From: a virus
DNA: 64,000 nt
Direction: 5' to 3' (one strand)
Virus genome (UHGV): UHGV-0332176
The notes beneath the pieces were generated by a model. The model had not been told where the DNA came from, made no database searches, and saw only the letters and a list, made by a program, of their open reading frames with translations. Below are positions 48,794 to 59,581 of the stretch, piece by piece. The position numbers and the translations under genes were made by a program. Every line of letters starts with the position of its first letter. Position 1 is the first letter of the stretch.

Positions 48794-50431
48794 TTACATA
48801 TTAGGTGTATTTTGTCTTATTGCTGACATTAACTTTAAATTAGTTTCAGTATCATCAATAATTAATCCTTCAACCGTTAATAATGAACCTGCAATTGAAG
48901 ACCCATTTTCCAAAGCACAACGAACAACTTTGGTTGCATCTAAAATACCTGCATCAACTAAATTACAGAATTTATCGCATTTAGCATCATATCCCCAAGA
49001 ATAATCATCATTATCTAATACTTTTTCAACAATGACTTCACCAGATTTTCCAGCATTTTCTGCAATTTTTTTCATTGGAGCACTTAAAGATTTTAATACA
49101 ATTTCATATCCAACATTTTCATCATCTGTTATAACAATATTATTTAATTCCTTAATAAGGTCTTTTTGTGCTCTTACTAATGATACTCCACCACCAGGTA
49201 AAATACCTTCTTCTAATGCTGCTCTCGTTGCACAAACGGCATCATCAACACGGTCTTTCTTTTCTTTAACTTCTGTTTCAGTTGCTCCACCAACTTTAAT
49301 AACAGCAACACCGCCAATTAATTTAGCAAGTCTTTCACGAAGTTTTTCTTTATCATATGATGAATCAGTATTTTCAATTTCTTCAGAAATTTGTTTTGCT
49401 CTTTCATCAATAGCTTCTTTACTTCCGTGTCCACCAATAATAATTGTTTCAGTTGGTGTAATTCTAATTTTATCGCAAGAACCCAAATCATCAATAGTTA
49501 CTTTTTCTAATTGAGCACCAAATTGAGTTGAAATAAAATTACCACCTGTTAAAATTGCAATATCTTCCATTTGAAATCTACGAATATCACCAAATGAAGG
49601 AGCTTTAACAGCACAAACTTTTAATCCTGCTTTAATTCTATTAATAACCAATGCTGATAATGGGTCATCTGCCATTTCATCGGCAATCATAATTAATGGA
49701 CGACCAATTTCCATAACATTTTCTAACAAAGGAATAATAGATTGAAGATTGTTAATTTTACCATCATATAAGAAAATATATGGATTATCATACTCAACTA
49801 ATTGTCTTTCTGGATTAGTCATAAAATATGGTGAAAGATAACCTTGGTCAAATTGTAAACCATCAACAATTTCTAATTCTGTCTTTAATCCCTTTGCTTC
49901 TTCAACAGTAACTACACCTTTTTCACCAACAACTTCAATTGCTTTAGCAATAAAATCACCAATTTCTGTATCACCATTTGCAGAAATAGTTGCCAATTGA
50001 CGAATTTCTTCATTTGTTGTTACTTTTTTTGAATGTGATTTTAATGATTCAACTACAACCTTAACTGCATTTGAAATACCTTTTTGAATTTCAGTAGATT
50101 TACGACCTTTAGAAATTGACTTTAAACCTTCTTCAGCAATTGTAGATGCAATTATACAAGTTGCTGTTGTACCATCACCTGCATCTCTACCAGTTTTTTC
50201 AGATGCTTGAATAATCATTTTTGCACCTTCACCTTCAGAGTCCATTAGTGTAACAGATTTTGCAACAGTTACACCATCTTTTGTAACTTTTGGTGAACCC
50301 CAAGATTGTTGAATAGCAATTGTTCTACCAGCAGGACCAGCAGTAGCAGAAACAACATCTGCAACTGTTTTCATACCAGAATATAACGTACTACGAGCTT
50401 CATCACCTTTAATTACTTTTTTAATTGTCAT
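48794..50431 (-). CDS. groEL: chaperonin GroEL (Cpn60)
   Basis: 545 aa; AALEEGILPGGGVSL equatorial-domain signature, DDAVCATRAALEEG, GDGTTTA; collinear with GroEL throughout. Confidence 0.9.
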   Translation of the reverse strand: MTIKKVIKGDEARSTLYSGMKTVADVVSATAGPAGRTIAIQQSWGSPKVTKDGVTVAKSVTLMDSEGEGAKMIIQASEKTGRDAGDGTTATCIIASTIAEEGLKSISKGRKSTEIQKGISNAVKVVVESLKSHSKKVTTNEEIRQLATISANGDTEIGDFIAKAIEVVGEKGVVTVEEAKGLKTELEIVDGLQFDQGYLSPYFMTNPERQLVEYDNPYIFLYDGKINNLQSIIPLLENVMEIGRPLIMIADEMADDPLSALVINRIKAGLKVCAVKAPSFGDIRRFQMEDIAILTGGNFISTQFGAQLEKVTIDDLGSCDKIRITPTETIIIGGHGSKEAIDERAKQISEEIENTDSSYDKEKLRERLAKLIGGVAVIKVGGATETEVKEKKDRVDDAVCATRAALEEGILPGGGVSLVRAQKDLIKELNNIVITDDENVGYEIVLKSLSAPMKKIAENAGKSGEVIVEKVLDNDDYSWGYDAKCDKFCNLVDAGILDATKVVRCALENGSSIAGSLLTVEGLIIDDTETNLKLMSAIRQNTPNM

Positions 50432-50503
50432 AATTATTTTTTCTCCTTAACTTAAATTTATTTTTAATAATAACAAAAATTTTATAATTTTACAAAAATA
50501 ATT

Positions 50504-50818
50504 TTAATGTATAATACCTAAAATATCTGTTTCTCTTAAAATTGTTTTTTCTTCATCGTTTAATTTAATAATTTGACCTGCAAATTTTCCAAATAAAACT
50601 CTATCTCCAACTTTAACTGTCATTGGTTGAATTTTTCCTGTTTCTTCATTATATAAACCATTTCCACACGCAATTACAACACCTGTTGATGGTTTTTCTT
50701 TTGCATTATCAGGAATAATAATTCCGCCGTTAGAAACACTTTTTTCTTCATCTTTTTCAATAACAACGAAATTAAATAAAGGTTGAATTTCTAATTTTTT
50801 TTCCATTTTTTTCTCCAT
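50504..50818 (-). CDS. groES: co-chaperonin GroES (Cpn10)
   Basis: 104 aa; I.PL.NFVVIEK.E....S.GGIIIPD.AKEKP..G.V.A.G.G pattern typical of Cpn10; directly upstream of groEL. Confidence 0.85.
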   Translation of the reverse strand: MEKKMEKKLEIQPLFNFVVIEKDEEKSVSNGGIIIPDNAKEKPSTGVVIACGNGLYNEETGKIQPMTVKVGDRVLFGKFAGQIIKLNDEEKTILRETDILGIIH

Positions 50819-50886
50819 AAAAAATAAGCTAACTTGTTTGTTAGCTTATTATATAGGAGAATAAAAATAATTGTCAAAAATAAAAA

Positions 50887-51441
50887 TTAATTTTTTATTT
50901 CAAAACCCATTGTTGATAAATCAAAATCATCAGATGGAGATTTCATAAATGTTTGATTTGATAAATTTAATTCATCATCTATTAACATATTTTTATAATT
51001 ATTATATACTCGTTCAAAGTATGTAATTAATTGTTCTCTGCACGGAAATTTTTTATATTTTCTAAAGAATATAGATAATTTTGGTAAAATAAATTCTTCA
51101 TCAAATTTCATAAAACAATTATTCTTAATATAAACATTATTACCTGTTGTTGTCAAATAAAATAAAGGAATAATAAATTTATAATCAACAATAAACTTAT
51201 GAAATCTTGAACCATAAATACTTCCTTTTCCATAACGACCAAGACCAAATTGAATTTTAATATTAGTTGTCTGAAAAACTTCACAAATAATTTCATTAAT
51301 TAAATCAAGTTTTTCCTGTGATATAAGTTTAGATAAATTTTTATATTTCTGGTTCGTTTTATAAGCAGTTTTAAATTTTATTTTATTAAAATATTTTGAC
51401 CCATCATATTTATTATGCCATATATTCTTAATTTTTAACAT
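50887..51441 (-). CDS. hypothetical protein
   Basis: ORF track. Confidence 0.4.
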   Translation of the reverse strand: MLKIKNIWHNKYDGSKYFNKIKFKTAYKTNQKYKNLSKLISQEKLDLINEIICEVFQTTNIKIQFGLGRYGKGSIYGSRFHKFIVDYKFIIPLFYLTTTGNNVYIKNNCFMKFDEEFILPKLSIFFRKYKKFPCREQLITYFERVYNNYKNMLIDDELNLSNQTFMKSPSDDFDLSTMGFEIKN

Positions 51442-51519
51442 ATTTAGTAACTTTCATAAAAAAATTAGCACCATTGCTGATGCTAATTTATGATTAAATT
51501 TTTAATTTGTCAAGTATTT

Positions 51520-51795
51520 TTAACATAATCTTGTATAAGTAATTGTTGAATCAAGCGAATCAACCATTGAAGAATCAATATTTAGATTAATTAAATCTGA
51601 ATAGAAACCATCTTCATCTTCAATTTCAAAATTTTCAATTGTGTCCAAATCCATTTCTGTTTCATCATCATCAAAAGTATCCATTAAAAATTCTTTAAGG
51701 GTAACATTTTCAGAAGATTCAACTCCTTCGCTGTTATCTGTAATATTATAAATTTGGTTAAGTTGTTCGTTAGAAATAGTAAGAGTTTTAGTCAT
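51520..51795 (-). CDS. hypothetical acidic protein
   Basis: ORF track. Confidence 0.35.
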   Translation of the reverse strand: MTKTLTISNEQLNQIYNITDNSEGVESSENVTLKEFLMDTFDDDETEMDLDTIENFEIEDEDGFYSDLINLNIDSSMVDSLDSTITYTRLC

Positions 51796-51876
51796 TATTT
51801 AATCCTTTCAAAAATAAGTTAATATCCAATTACGAATATTAACTTATCATAAAAAAATTAAATGTCAAGGATTTTT

Positions 51877-52086
51877 TTATAAATTTTCAATTAAATTTCC
51901 TTTTTCTTGCAAATTTTTCATTTGAGTTTTAATAATTTCTTTTGTTTTGTCATCAATTTCATCATAATATACAAAACCCCACGCACTTGCTTGAGTTACC
52001 ATATGAATTAATGGCAAGGAATTAAGAGCATCATCATTAATTTTTAAAATTTTTTTAATTGCATTTTTTGTTTTTTCAAAAGCCAT
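51877..52086 (-). CDS. hypothetical protein
   Basis: ORF track. Confidence 0.35.
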   Translation of the reverse strand: MAFEKTKNAIKKILKINDDALNSLPLIHMVTQASAWGFVYYDEIDDKTKEIIKTQMKNLQEKGNLIENL

Positions 52087-52163
52087 TAAAGTTTCCTTTC
52101 ATAAAAAAATTAGCACCATTGCTGATGCTAATATAAAAGAAAATATTTGTCAATAAAAATACA

Positions 52164-53978
52164 TTAATTCCATTGCAAATGCCAATAAAATGTTGTTCCT
52201 GTATTTTCATTTGTAACTCTTGCTATTGAAAATTTTTTAGTTGATTCAAAATAATCAATTACTTGTTGCATTTCATCTTGCAATACATCATTTTCAATTA
52301 ATTGCTTCCAAACTTGATAATACTTTTTAGACATAGTTGGAGCTTCCATTACATAATTAATTTCTGGTACTTCAGTATATATACCACCATTAATTAATTT
52401 TGTTTCTAAAATTTTATCATTAGTAATTCTAACAGTTGCACTTGCATCACCCTCATTAAATACAACACTTGTTGGATACATATATCCATCTCCATAATTA
52501 TCCATAACAATATATTTAATTGTCCACTCTAAATCACTATCAACTGGAATTCTACCTAATAAATAATCATTTAAATTCCAAACTTTATTAACAAGAGTCC
52601 AATGTCCAGCAATTTTAACATAAGTTGTATAAGGTTCTAATTTACCTGAATAAGCAACAACATCGTGGTCTTCTCCCCAATCATCATAAAGTTTAATTTG
52701 GTCAAATCTATATTCATTATTTGTTTCAACCCATTTATCATTTATTTTAACTCTATAACGACCTTCATCCCAAATGAATATATCTAAATTATTTCCAAAT
52801 ACATCAGGTGGTAAATTATTCCAATCATATTCAACTACTATTTCTTGCCAAATTCTATGACAACATTTATAGACTTTATGTGGAATACGATTTATAATAT
52901 TTCCTTCATCGTCATAAATTAATTCATTATAATAACCAATATCATAATCTAAACCATCTTCAGCTGTTGGTGTTCTATCTCCAAAATTCCAAATATTATG
53001 AGATAAATTCCATCCACAATTTGTTTTAACATAATTTTTTCCAAACACATTATAACAAACTGTTCCTTCAACTCCAAAATTAAATGGTAATTTAAATGTT
53101 TTATAATCATAAATTGTAGAAACTTCAACCCAACCATTTTCTGTTTTAACATAAATTTTATCTTGTTCCTTTGTATAAGTATCACTTATCATACCAAATG
53201 CTTCGGGCGGTAAAGAATTAATATCATAAATTGTGTTAATTGGGAACCAATCTGTTTGACCTGGATAAGAAGGATTACCATTTAAATCTTTAACTTGTTG
53301 TTCATTATTTCTTGTTATTTGTAAATCTGAAATTAATCCATAATCAGAATCTATATCTAACCAAACTGAATCTCCTGGTTTAATTGTTTCATCTGTCCAA
53401 TATTTCATATTTTTATAAACTAATTTTGCAGTATCAAAAATTGTAGTATATTCCCCACGATTAACAATTTCTAAATTAATAATATCTCCATTATTATTAA
53501 TTTCAGATACTCTGAATTCTAAAGGTATTGGATTAGTATCATTTTGAACTTGTAAAATTTCACCAACACGAAAATAATTTATTGGATGAACTCTACCTAA
53601 TGAATCTCCGCCATTAGCAAATAACATAAAATCAGTTGTTGTAGAATCTCCACCATAAATATTAGGTTCTTCAAAAGTTTCAGTTGAAGATAATCCACCA
53701 TATACATATTTTAATAATGGGGTTTCAATAATATCTTCAAGTTCATAATCTTTATGAATAGTAATTTTAGACAATTCCATAACACAATGAGATTTTGCTT
53801 CTTTAATTGGTTCAGCCATTTCACGAGCATCGGTCATAACAGTATTATATACATCACATTCAAATTGATTTTCATCAACAGCTTGCATAATATATTCTTC
53901 AATATCATTAATTTCTTTTAATATACGAGATTTATTTCGGGCATATTGTTTTGCACTTGTGGCATCATAAAAATCCAT
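52164..53978 (-). CDS. hypothetical large protein (possibly structural)
   Basis: 604 aa, Trp/Tyr/Asn-rich, no recognisable motifs. Confidence 0.4.
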   Translation of the reverse strand: MDFYDATSAKQYARNKSRILKEINDIEEYIMQAVDENQFECDVYNTVMTDAREMAEPIKEAKSHCVMELSKITIHKDYELEDIIETPLLKYVYGGLSSTETFEEPNIYGGDSTTTDFMLFANGGDSLGRVHPINYFRVGEILQVQNDTNPIPLEFRVSEINNNGDIINLEIVNRGEYTTIFDTAKLVYKNMKYWTDETIKPGDSVWLDIDSDYGLISDLQITRNNEQQVKDLNGNPSYPGQTDWFPINTIYDINSLPPEAFGMISDTYTKEQDKIYVKTENGWVEVSTIYDYKTFKLPFNFGVEGTVCYNVFGKNYVKTNCGWNLSHNIWNFGDRTPTAEDGLDYDIGYYNELIYDDEGNIINRIPHKVYKCCHRIWQEIVVEYDWNNLPPDVFGNNLDIFIWDEGRYRVKINDKWVETNNEYRFDQIKLYDDWGEDHDVVAYSGKLEPYTTYVKIAGHWTLVNKVWNLNDYLLGRIPVDSDLEWTIKYIVMDNYGDGYMYPTSVVFNEGDASATVRITNDKILETKLINGGIYTEVPEINYVMEAPTMSKKYYQVWKQLIENDVLQDEMQQVIDYFESTKKFSIARVTNENTGTTFYWHLQWN

Positions 53979-54029
53979 TGTAATATTCCTTATATCATAA
54001 ACTATATACTATTATTTATTGATATGAAA

Positions 54030-54062
54030 AAACCGAGAAGTTATAACTTCTCGGTTTTTATT
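54030..54062 (-). terminator. rho-independent terminator (aaaaccgagaagttataacttctcggttttt)
   Basis: Perfect stem plus T-run after 54061..54609. Confidence 0.55.
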
Positions 54063-54609
54063 ATTTTTTAAATGCCTTTAATGGTATATCAATTGTAATT
54101 GGCTTGCCTTCAAGCTGACAAGAAATAAATGATTCATTTAAAGTTAAGCAAGGTTTAATTTCTGTTACAATATAATTAATTTTTGATAATCTTGCTCCTT
54201 TATGTATATAATAATTATCATCGTTTTCTGTTAATATAATATCACAAGCAGGAATAATATCTCCAACTTTAACATTTTCTGAAATTTTAATTACTTCAGA
54301 ATATTCTTTTGATTCAGAAGTTAAATTTTCACCAGCTTGGTCAACAGCTGTATCGTGTATATCATTTTGAGTATTATCTTCTTCGTCTTGTTTTTTACCA
54401 TCAATAATAATTTTATCATCAATTATTTCAGTTACTGCACTATTATCTGATAGAACATCTTCTAAACCTTGTTCATCTAATTCAATACGATATTTTTTAT
54501 TTAATAAGAATAAAAATTTAATAGTTGAAATTGCTTTTATTCCTTGAGAACGTAACAAATAAATTAAACTATTAATATTTTGAATAATTCTATCTTCAAA
54601 TGCAGCCAC
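54061..54609 (-). CDS. hypothetical protein
   Basis: ORF track. Confidence 0.4.
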   Translation of the reverse strand: MAAFEDRIIQNINSLIYLLRSQGIKAISTIKFLFLLNKKYRIELDEQGLEDVLSDNSAVTEIIDDKIIIDGKKQDEEDNTQNDIHDTAVDQAGENLTSESKEYSEVIKISENVKVGDIIPACDIILTENDDNYYIHKGARLSKINYIVTEIKPCLTLNESFISCQLEGKPITIDIPLKAFKK

Positions 54610-54611
54610 GA

Positions 54612-55058
54612 TTATTTTTCCTCTCTATTAATTTCTTCAATTTCAATATCACCTAAATCAATATCATCTTCTGCATTTGGGTCAAAGTCTTCAAAATCTT
54701 CTCCACCAAAATCATCTTCAAAGTCGCCCATATCATCAGATGAATCATCAAGATTTTCACCATTAAATAATTTAACAACTTCATTATCAATTTCACCTTT
54801 AATATCGGTAATTGAATTAATAATTGTATCTAATTTTTGACTGATTGAATCATTAAAAGCATCTGCTTTTTCAATATCACCATCATATTTAATTTTTTTA
54901 ACTAAATTTGCTAAATCTTTGGTTTTAATATTTGAAATTTTTTCAATCATATTTTGTAATTCATCAGAAATTGATTCAACAGCTAAAGCTAATTCAGTTG
55001 ATTTAATTTCAGATTCACATAAATGTTTAATAAAATTTGATTTCATTTGTTTCTCCAT
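54612..55058 (-). CDS. hypothetical highly acidic protein
   Basis: C-terminus DDSSDDMGDFEDDFGGEDFEDFDPNAEDDIDLGDIEIEE. Confidence 0.4.
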   Translation of the reverse strand: MEKQMKSNFIKHLCESEIKSTELALAVESISDELQNMIEKISNIKTKDLANLVKKIKYDGDIEKADAFNDSISQKLDTIINSITDIKGEIDNEVVKLFNGENLDDSSDDMGDFEDDFGGEDFEDFDPNAEDDIDLGDIEIEEINREEK

Positions 55059-55183
55059 ATCAATTTTAATATTATAATTATATTTATATAAAAATTTCTA
55101 AACAATATTAACCAAAAATAAAAACTTATTGACTTTTATTATTAGATATTTTATTATGAAAATAAAATTTAAGGTAAAATAAT

Positions 55184-56191
55184 ATGCATACTATTTTAGA
55201 AACAATATATAATTTACTACCATCAGATAAAAAACAACGAAATAATGGTTGGATATATTTTAATTGTCCGTCTTGTTATCATACAGAAAATCCTGATACA
55301 AAACATCGGGGTAATATTCTATTTACTGATGATGGTTTTGTATATCAATGTTTTAACTGTAAATTTAAATGCGGTTTTTCCTTAGGTCAATATCTTTCTA
55401 AAGATACAACTCAATGGTTAAAAGATTTAGGAACTTCAACAAAAGATTTAAATGATTTAAGATTATTAATTCGTGAATATAATGAAGCTAATAATGATAA
55501 TTTAACTTCTAATGAACATAAAATTATTATAAAAAAGAGAGAAATTAAGCAAATACCTGTTGGATATAAATCAATTCTTAAATCTTTAAATGAAGGAGAA
55601 AATTCTTACACATTTAATGAAGTTATAAAATATATTAATAACCGTAATCCATATCTACTTGAATGGACAGATTTATTATGGTGTCCAAAACAATTTAATT
55701 TTTTAATACCTTGCTATGAATATGATGAAATTGTTGGTTATTCGCTAAGAAAATTACGAGATGATGTAGATAGTAAATATATTCATTATATTCCGCAAGG
55801 ATATATTTTTAATTATGATAATTTATTAAAAGAAAGAAAATATGAAATTGTTTGCGAAGGTCAAACTGATGCATTAGCAATAAATGGGACATCTATATTA
55901 AGCAATGTATTTACACCTGATAGATTAAAAAGAATTTTACCATTTACAAAAGATAAAGAAATTATACTATTACCCGATAGAGATAAATCTGGGAAAAAAA
56001 TGATTACACAATTATTAGAAGAAAATTTACCATTTAGTGTTGCTTTTCCTAATTGGGAAAGAGGTATAAAAGATGCTGAACAAGCTGCAAAAAAATATGG
56101 AAGATTATATACATTATATAGTATATTATCAACAAAAGAACAAAATAAAGAAATAATTAAATTAAAATCAATGAAATGGTTTAATATATGA
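55184..56191 (+). CDS. DNA primase (DnaG/T4 gp61-like: CHC2 zinc finger + TOPRIM)
   Basis: Zinc finger FNCPSCYHTE...FVYQCFNCKFKCG; TOPRIM EIVCEGQTDALAING and ILLPDRDKSGKK. Confidence 0.7.
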   Translation: MHTILETIYNLLPSDKKQRNNGWIYFNCPSCYHTENPDTKHRGNILFTDDGFVYQCFNCKFKCGFSLGQYLSKDTTQWLKDLGTSTKDLNDLRLLIREYNEANNDNLTSNEHKIIIKKREIKQIPVGYKSILKSLNEGENSYTFNEVIKYINNRNPYLLEWTDLLWCPKQFNFLIPCYEYDEIVGYSLRKLRDDVDSKYIHYIPQGYIFNYDNLLKERKYEIVCEGQTDALAINGTSILSNVFTPDRLKRILPFTKDKEIILLPDRDKSGKKMITQLLEENLPFSVAFPNWERGIKDAEQAAKKYGRLYTLYSILSTKEQNKEIIKLKSMKWFNI

Positions 56192-56421
56192 AAAGTATGT
56201 TATTAAATAGTAATATAGCTTATGAAAAAATTAAAAAAAATTTATCTAAAAATATTACTGATGAAAAATTAAAAAAATTATTTAATGATTTTTTAGATAA
56301 ACTACGGAACGAATTTAAAAATCAAAATTTAAATTCATATGATATATCATTTTTTAATAAAATTATATTACCACTAACAAAAAGAGTTTATTATTTAGGA
56401 GATATTAATGATGAAAGTTAA
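56188..56421 (+). CDS. hypothetical protein
   Basis: ORF track. Confidence 0.3.
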   Translation: MKSMLLNSNIAYEKIKKNLSKNITDEKLKKLFNDFLDKLRNEFKNQNLNSYDISFFNKIILPLTKRVYYLGDINDES

Positions 56422-56686
56422 AGATAGAAAATTAACAGAAAAAGAATGTATTAATTCTGGTGGACATTTTTGGAAATATTGGGATTCTACACAAGGAATT
56501 AATGAAGATACCTTTGAAAAAAATGGATATATTTTTGATGTTTATTATCCAAATGGAGCACCAAATTATAGAGGTTGTCCTTTATGTGGAAGAATTGAAT
56601 CAATGATTCCTGCCCAATGGATAGAATGCATAAAAGGTAAAGAAGATGAGGAAAATAAAGAAGATGAGGAAAATAAGGGGAAATAA
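56408..56686 (+). CDS. hypothetical protein with zinc-ribbon-like CxxC pair
   Basis: CPLCGRIE. Confidence 0.3.
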   Translation: MMKVKDRKLTEKECINSGGHFWKYWDSTQGINEDTFEKNGYIFDVYYPNGAPNYRGCPLCGRIESMIPAQWIECIKGKEDEENKEDEENKGK

Positions 56687-57204
56687 TGAATTTATTTACT
56701 ATAAGTGATAATACTCAATATTGTGCTCGGAATTTAGATGATGTTTTATTACGTAAAACAATCGTGGAATCAGCTCAAATGCTTTCAACAGCAATTATTT
56801 TAAATGATAAAATTAAAGAAAAACCTGAAGGAATCTATAAAAAATATAATGCTAATGAAGAACATAATAAGTGGGTAAGAGAATCTAAATATAACTATAA
56901 ATGGACATATATGTATCTTATTGATTGTTTAAAAGAATATCAATATAGATTTAGTAAAACTCACGATACTCATAAATTAGCATATATTTTTCCTCAATAT
57001 GAAAATGATTTTCCATTAATTGATATGACACCTTTTACAAGAAAATTTAATCAATCTTATGAAAATTATCAAGAATTAATGAATATGAAAGATACGTGTA
57101 ATGCTTATAAAACATATTTAATTACAAAATGGAAAAAAGAAACAATTGATGGAAAAGAACCATTATGGACTAATAGAGAAAAACCTGATTTTTATAAAGG
57201 ATAA
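56686..57204 (+). CDS. hypothetical protein
   Basis: ORF track. Confidence 0.4.
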   Translation: MNLFTISDNTQYCARNLDDVLLRKTIVESAQMLSTAIILNDKIKEKPEGIYKKYNANEEHNKWVRESKYNYKWTYMYLIDCLKEYQYRFSKTHDTHKLAYIFPQYENDFPLIDMTPFTRKFNQSYENYQELMNMKDTCNAYKTYLITKWKKETIDGKEPLWTNREKPDFYKG

Positions 57205-57206
57205 AA

Positions 57207-57473
57207 ATGAATAATTTATATTTGTTTTTAAAATATAAATGGTATGATTTAATTGAATCTGGTCAAAAAACATCCGAATATAGAGAAATAAAACCATATT
57301 GGATTAATAGATTAGAAAATAAACATTATGATACCGTTACATTTCAAAGAGGATTTACAAAAAATCCACCAAAAATGATGTTTAAAATACTTGAAATTAA
57401 AAAAACAACTTTGCCTAATGATTTAAAAAAAGCAGAAGTTTATGAAATTAAATTAGGAGAAAGGATAAAATAA
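57207..57473 (+). CDS. hypothetical protein
   Basis: ORF track. Confidence 0.35.
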   Translation: MNNLYLFLKYKWYDLIESGQKTSEYREIKPYWINRLENKHYDTVTFQRGFTKNPPKMMFKILEIKKTTLPNDLKKAEVYEIKLGERIK

Positions 57474-57691
57474 TGTTAGATACACGAACAATAAAATGCC
57501 CTAAATGTGGATGGGATTCTTTATTTCCTTTAAATCAACCTATGTTAATTGTTTTAACGCACGATATTATATGCCCTCATTGCGGAACTATTGTAATTCA
57601 AGCGTTTTCTACAACAATTTTATCAGATGGTTATTTTTTAGATGAACATAATGATTATTATAAACATAATCCTATAACCCGAAAATTTTAA
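57473..57691 (+). CDS. hypothetical zinc-ribbon protein
   Basis: CPKCGW...CPHCG. Confidence 0.35.
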   Translation: MLDTRTIKCPKCGWDSLFPLNQPMLIVLTHDIICPHCGTIVIQAFSTTILSDGYFLDEHNDYYKHNPITRKF

Positions 57692-57701
57692 GGAATAATG
57701 A

Positions 57702-58157
57702 ATGAGTAATTTTACAAATGATTTACATAAACATAAATTAATTTTACAAGCACTTTTATATAATTTAGCTAATCAATTAAAAGAAAGAGCTGATAATCAC
57801 GATAATTCAAAATTAGACCCAAAAGAAAAAGAAGTTTTTGAAAGTATTGATAATATTAAAAGAGAAGATTTTGATTCATATGAAGAATATTATAATTGTA
57901 CAAAACCTCTTATTCAAAAGGCATTAGACCATCATTATGCTAATAATAGACATCATCCTGAACATTTTGAACACGGGATTGAAGATATGAATTTATTAGA
58001 TATTTTAGAAATGATTGTAGATTGGGATACATCAGCATCTTGCAGAGGAACTAAATTAGACCCTGAATATTCTTTTAAACGCTTTAAAATTGAGCCACAA
58101 CTTCAAAAAATTATTTTAAATACTTTAAAAATTCTTTATGATGAAGATGAAAAATAA
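57702..58157 (+). CDS. hypothetical His-rich protein
   Basis: HHYANNRHHPEHFEHG cluster; no firm family assignment. Confidence 0.35.
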   Translation: MSNFTNDLHKHKLILQALLYNLANQLKERADNHDNSKLDPKEKEVFESIDNIKREDFDSYEEYYNCTKPLIQKALDHHYANNRHHPEHFEHGIEDMNLLDILEMIVDWDTSASCRGTKLDPEYSFKRFKIEPQLQKIILNTLKILYDEDEK

Positions 58158-58211
58158 TGAAAAAGTATTATAAATTATATATAATACTACCAATTTAATG
58201 AAGGATTTAAA

Positions 58212-59558
58212 ATGATTATACCAAATAATTTTGATGAACAAGACCAAAAAACACTAATTCAATTTTTGTTTAGTGAACCTTCTTTATTTGTTCGTGCAAA
58301 ACCAATTTTAAAACCTGAATATTTTGATAAAAAATTTCAAGAAACAATTCAATATTTGTTAGATTTTTCTACTGAATATGGAATTTTACCAACAATTGAA
58401 CAATTAAATAATAATTCTCGTTTAGAATATCAAAAAATTAATAACCTATCTGATGAAAATATTCAACAATCTATTTTGGATATGGCAGAATGGTTTTGTA
58501 AAAAAAGAGGATTAGAATTAGCAATTGAAGAATGCTATGAAAGGATTGCTAAAGGAGATACTTCTGGTATTGACCAAAGAATTCGTGAAGCTCAAATGAT
58601 TTCATTAAGTCGTGATTTAGGTATTAATTATTGGGAAAATACTGCTGAATGGTTACATAAAATTGATAAAGAAATGGGAGTTATTCCAACAGGATGGACA
58701 GAATTTGATAGATTATTTAACGGTGGTTTTTCTTGGGGTCAATTAAATTATGTAGTTTCACCTTCGGGTGGTGGTAAATCTCTTTGTATGGCAAATTTAG
58801 CTTTAAATTGGTCATTAATGGGCTATAATGTTTTATATTTTACATTAGAATTAGATAGGGAACTTGTTGGTAAAAGAATAATGGCAATGGAAAGAAATAT
58901 TGCATATTCTGAAATTACTCCAAAAGCTGATGCTTTATGTGAACAAGTTCAAATTAGAAAAATCAAAGAACATCCAGGAATTATTCAAATTATTGATTTA
59001 CCACGTGGAGCAACACCCACAGATGTTCGTTCTCAAATTCAAAATTTTGAATTAGAAACTAAAATTATTCCTGAAATTTTAATTTTTGATTACGCTGGTA
59101 TTATGAATCCAAGTGATAGAAAAATTGATGTTAATAATATTCATTTAAGAGATAAACACGTAGCTGAAGAATTAAGAGAAATTGCAAGAGAAAGAACACA
59201 TAAAAACAAAAGAACTATGTGCATATCAGCAAATCAAATTACAAAAGACGGAGCTTCAGAAATGGAATTTACACAAAGTGATATTGCTGGTGGTTCAACA
59301 TTAGTTCATACTTGTGATAATTTATTTTCTGTTAGAACAAATGATAGTATGCGACAACGTGGAGAATATGAATTCAAAATTATTAAAAGTCGTAATGCTG
59401 GATGTACAGATGTTAAATTCAAAATGGGTTATAATGCTAAAACTTTAAGAATTTCTGATTTTCAAATGATAGGTAAAAATACTCCTGAAATTCAAAATAA
59501 TTCATCGGTTTTATCGGCTTTACAAACATTAGAACAATATAAAGAAAAGGGGGAATAA
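58212..59558 (+). CDS. replicative DNA helicase (DnaB/T4 gp41-like)
   Basis: Walker A VVSPSGGGKSL in RecA-like C-terminal domain; FTLELDRE; SRNAG; N-terminal helical domain. Confidence 0.8.
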   Translation: MIIPNNFDEQDQKTLIQFLFSEPSLFVRAKPILKPEYFDKKFQETIQYLLDFSTEYGILPTIEQLNNNSRLEYQKINNLSDENIQQSILDMAEWFCKKRGLELAIEECYERIAKGDTSGIDQRIREAQMISLSRDLGINYWENTAEWLHKIDKEMGVIPTGWTEFDRLFNGGFSWGQLNYVVSPSGGGKSLCMANLALNWSLMGYNVLYFTLELDRELVGKRIMAMERNIAYSEITPKADALCEQVQIRKIKEHPGIIQIIDLPRGATPTDVRSQIQNFELETKIIPEILIFDYAGIMNPSDRKIDVNNIHLRDKHVAEELREIARERTHKNKRTMCISANQITKDGASEMEFTQSDIAGGSTLVHTCDNLFSVRTNDSMRQRGEYEFKIIKSRNAGCTDVKFKMGYNAKTLRISDFQMIGKNTPEIQNNSSVLSALQTLEQYKEKGE

Positions 59559-59581
59559 ATCCCCCTTTTTCTTATTAAATT
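59555..59581. terminator. bidirectional terminator (gggggaataaatccccc + T-run)
   Basis: GC stem flanked by A/T runs between convergent genes. Confidence 0.55.
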
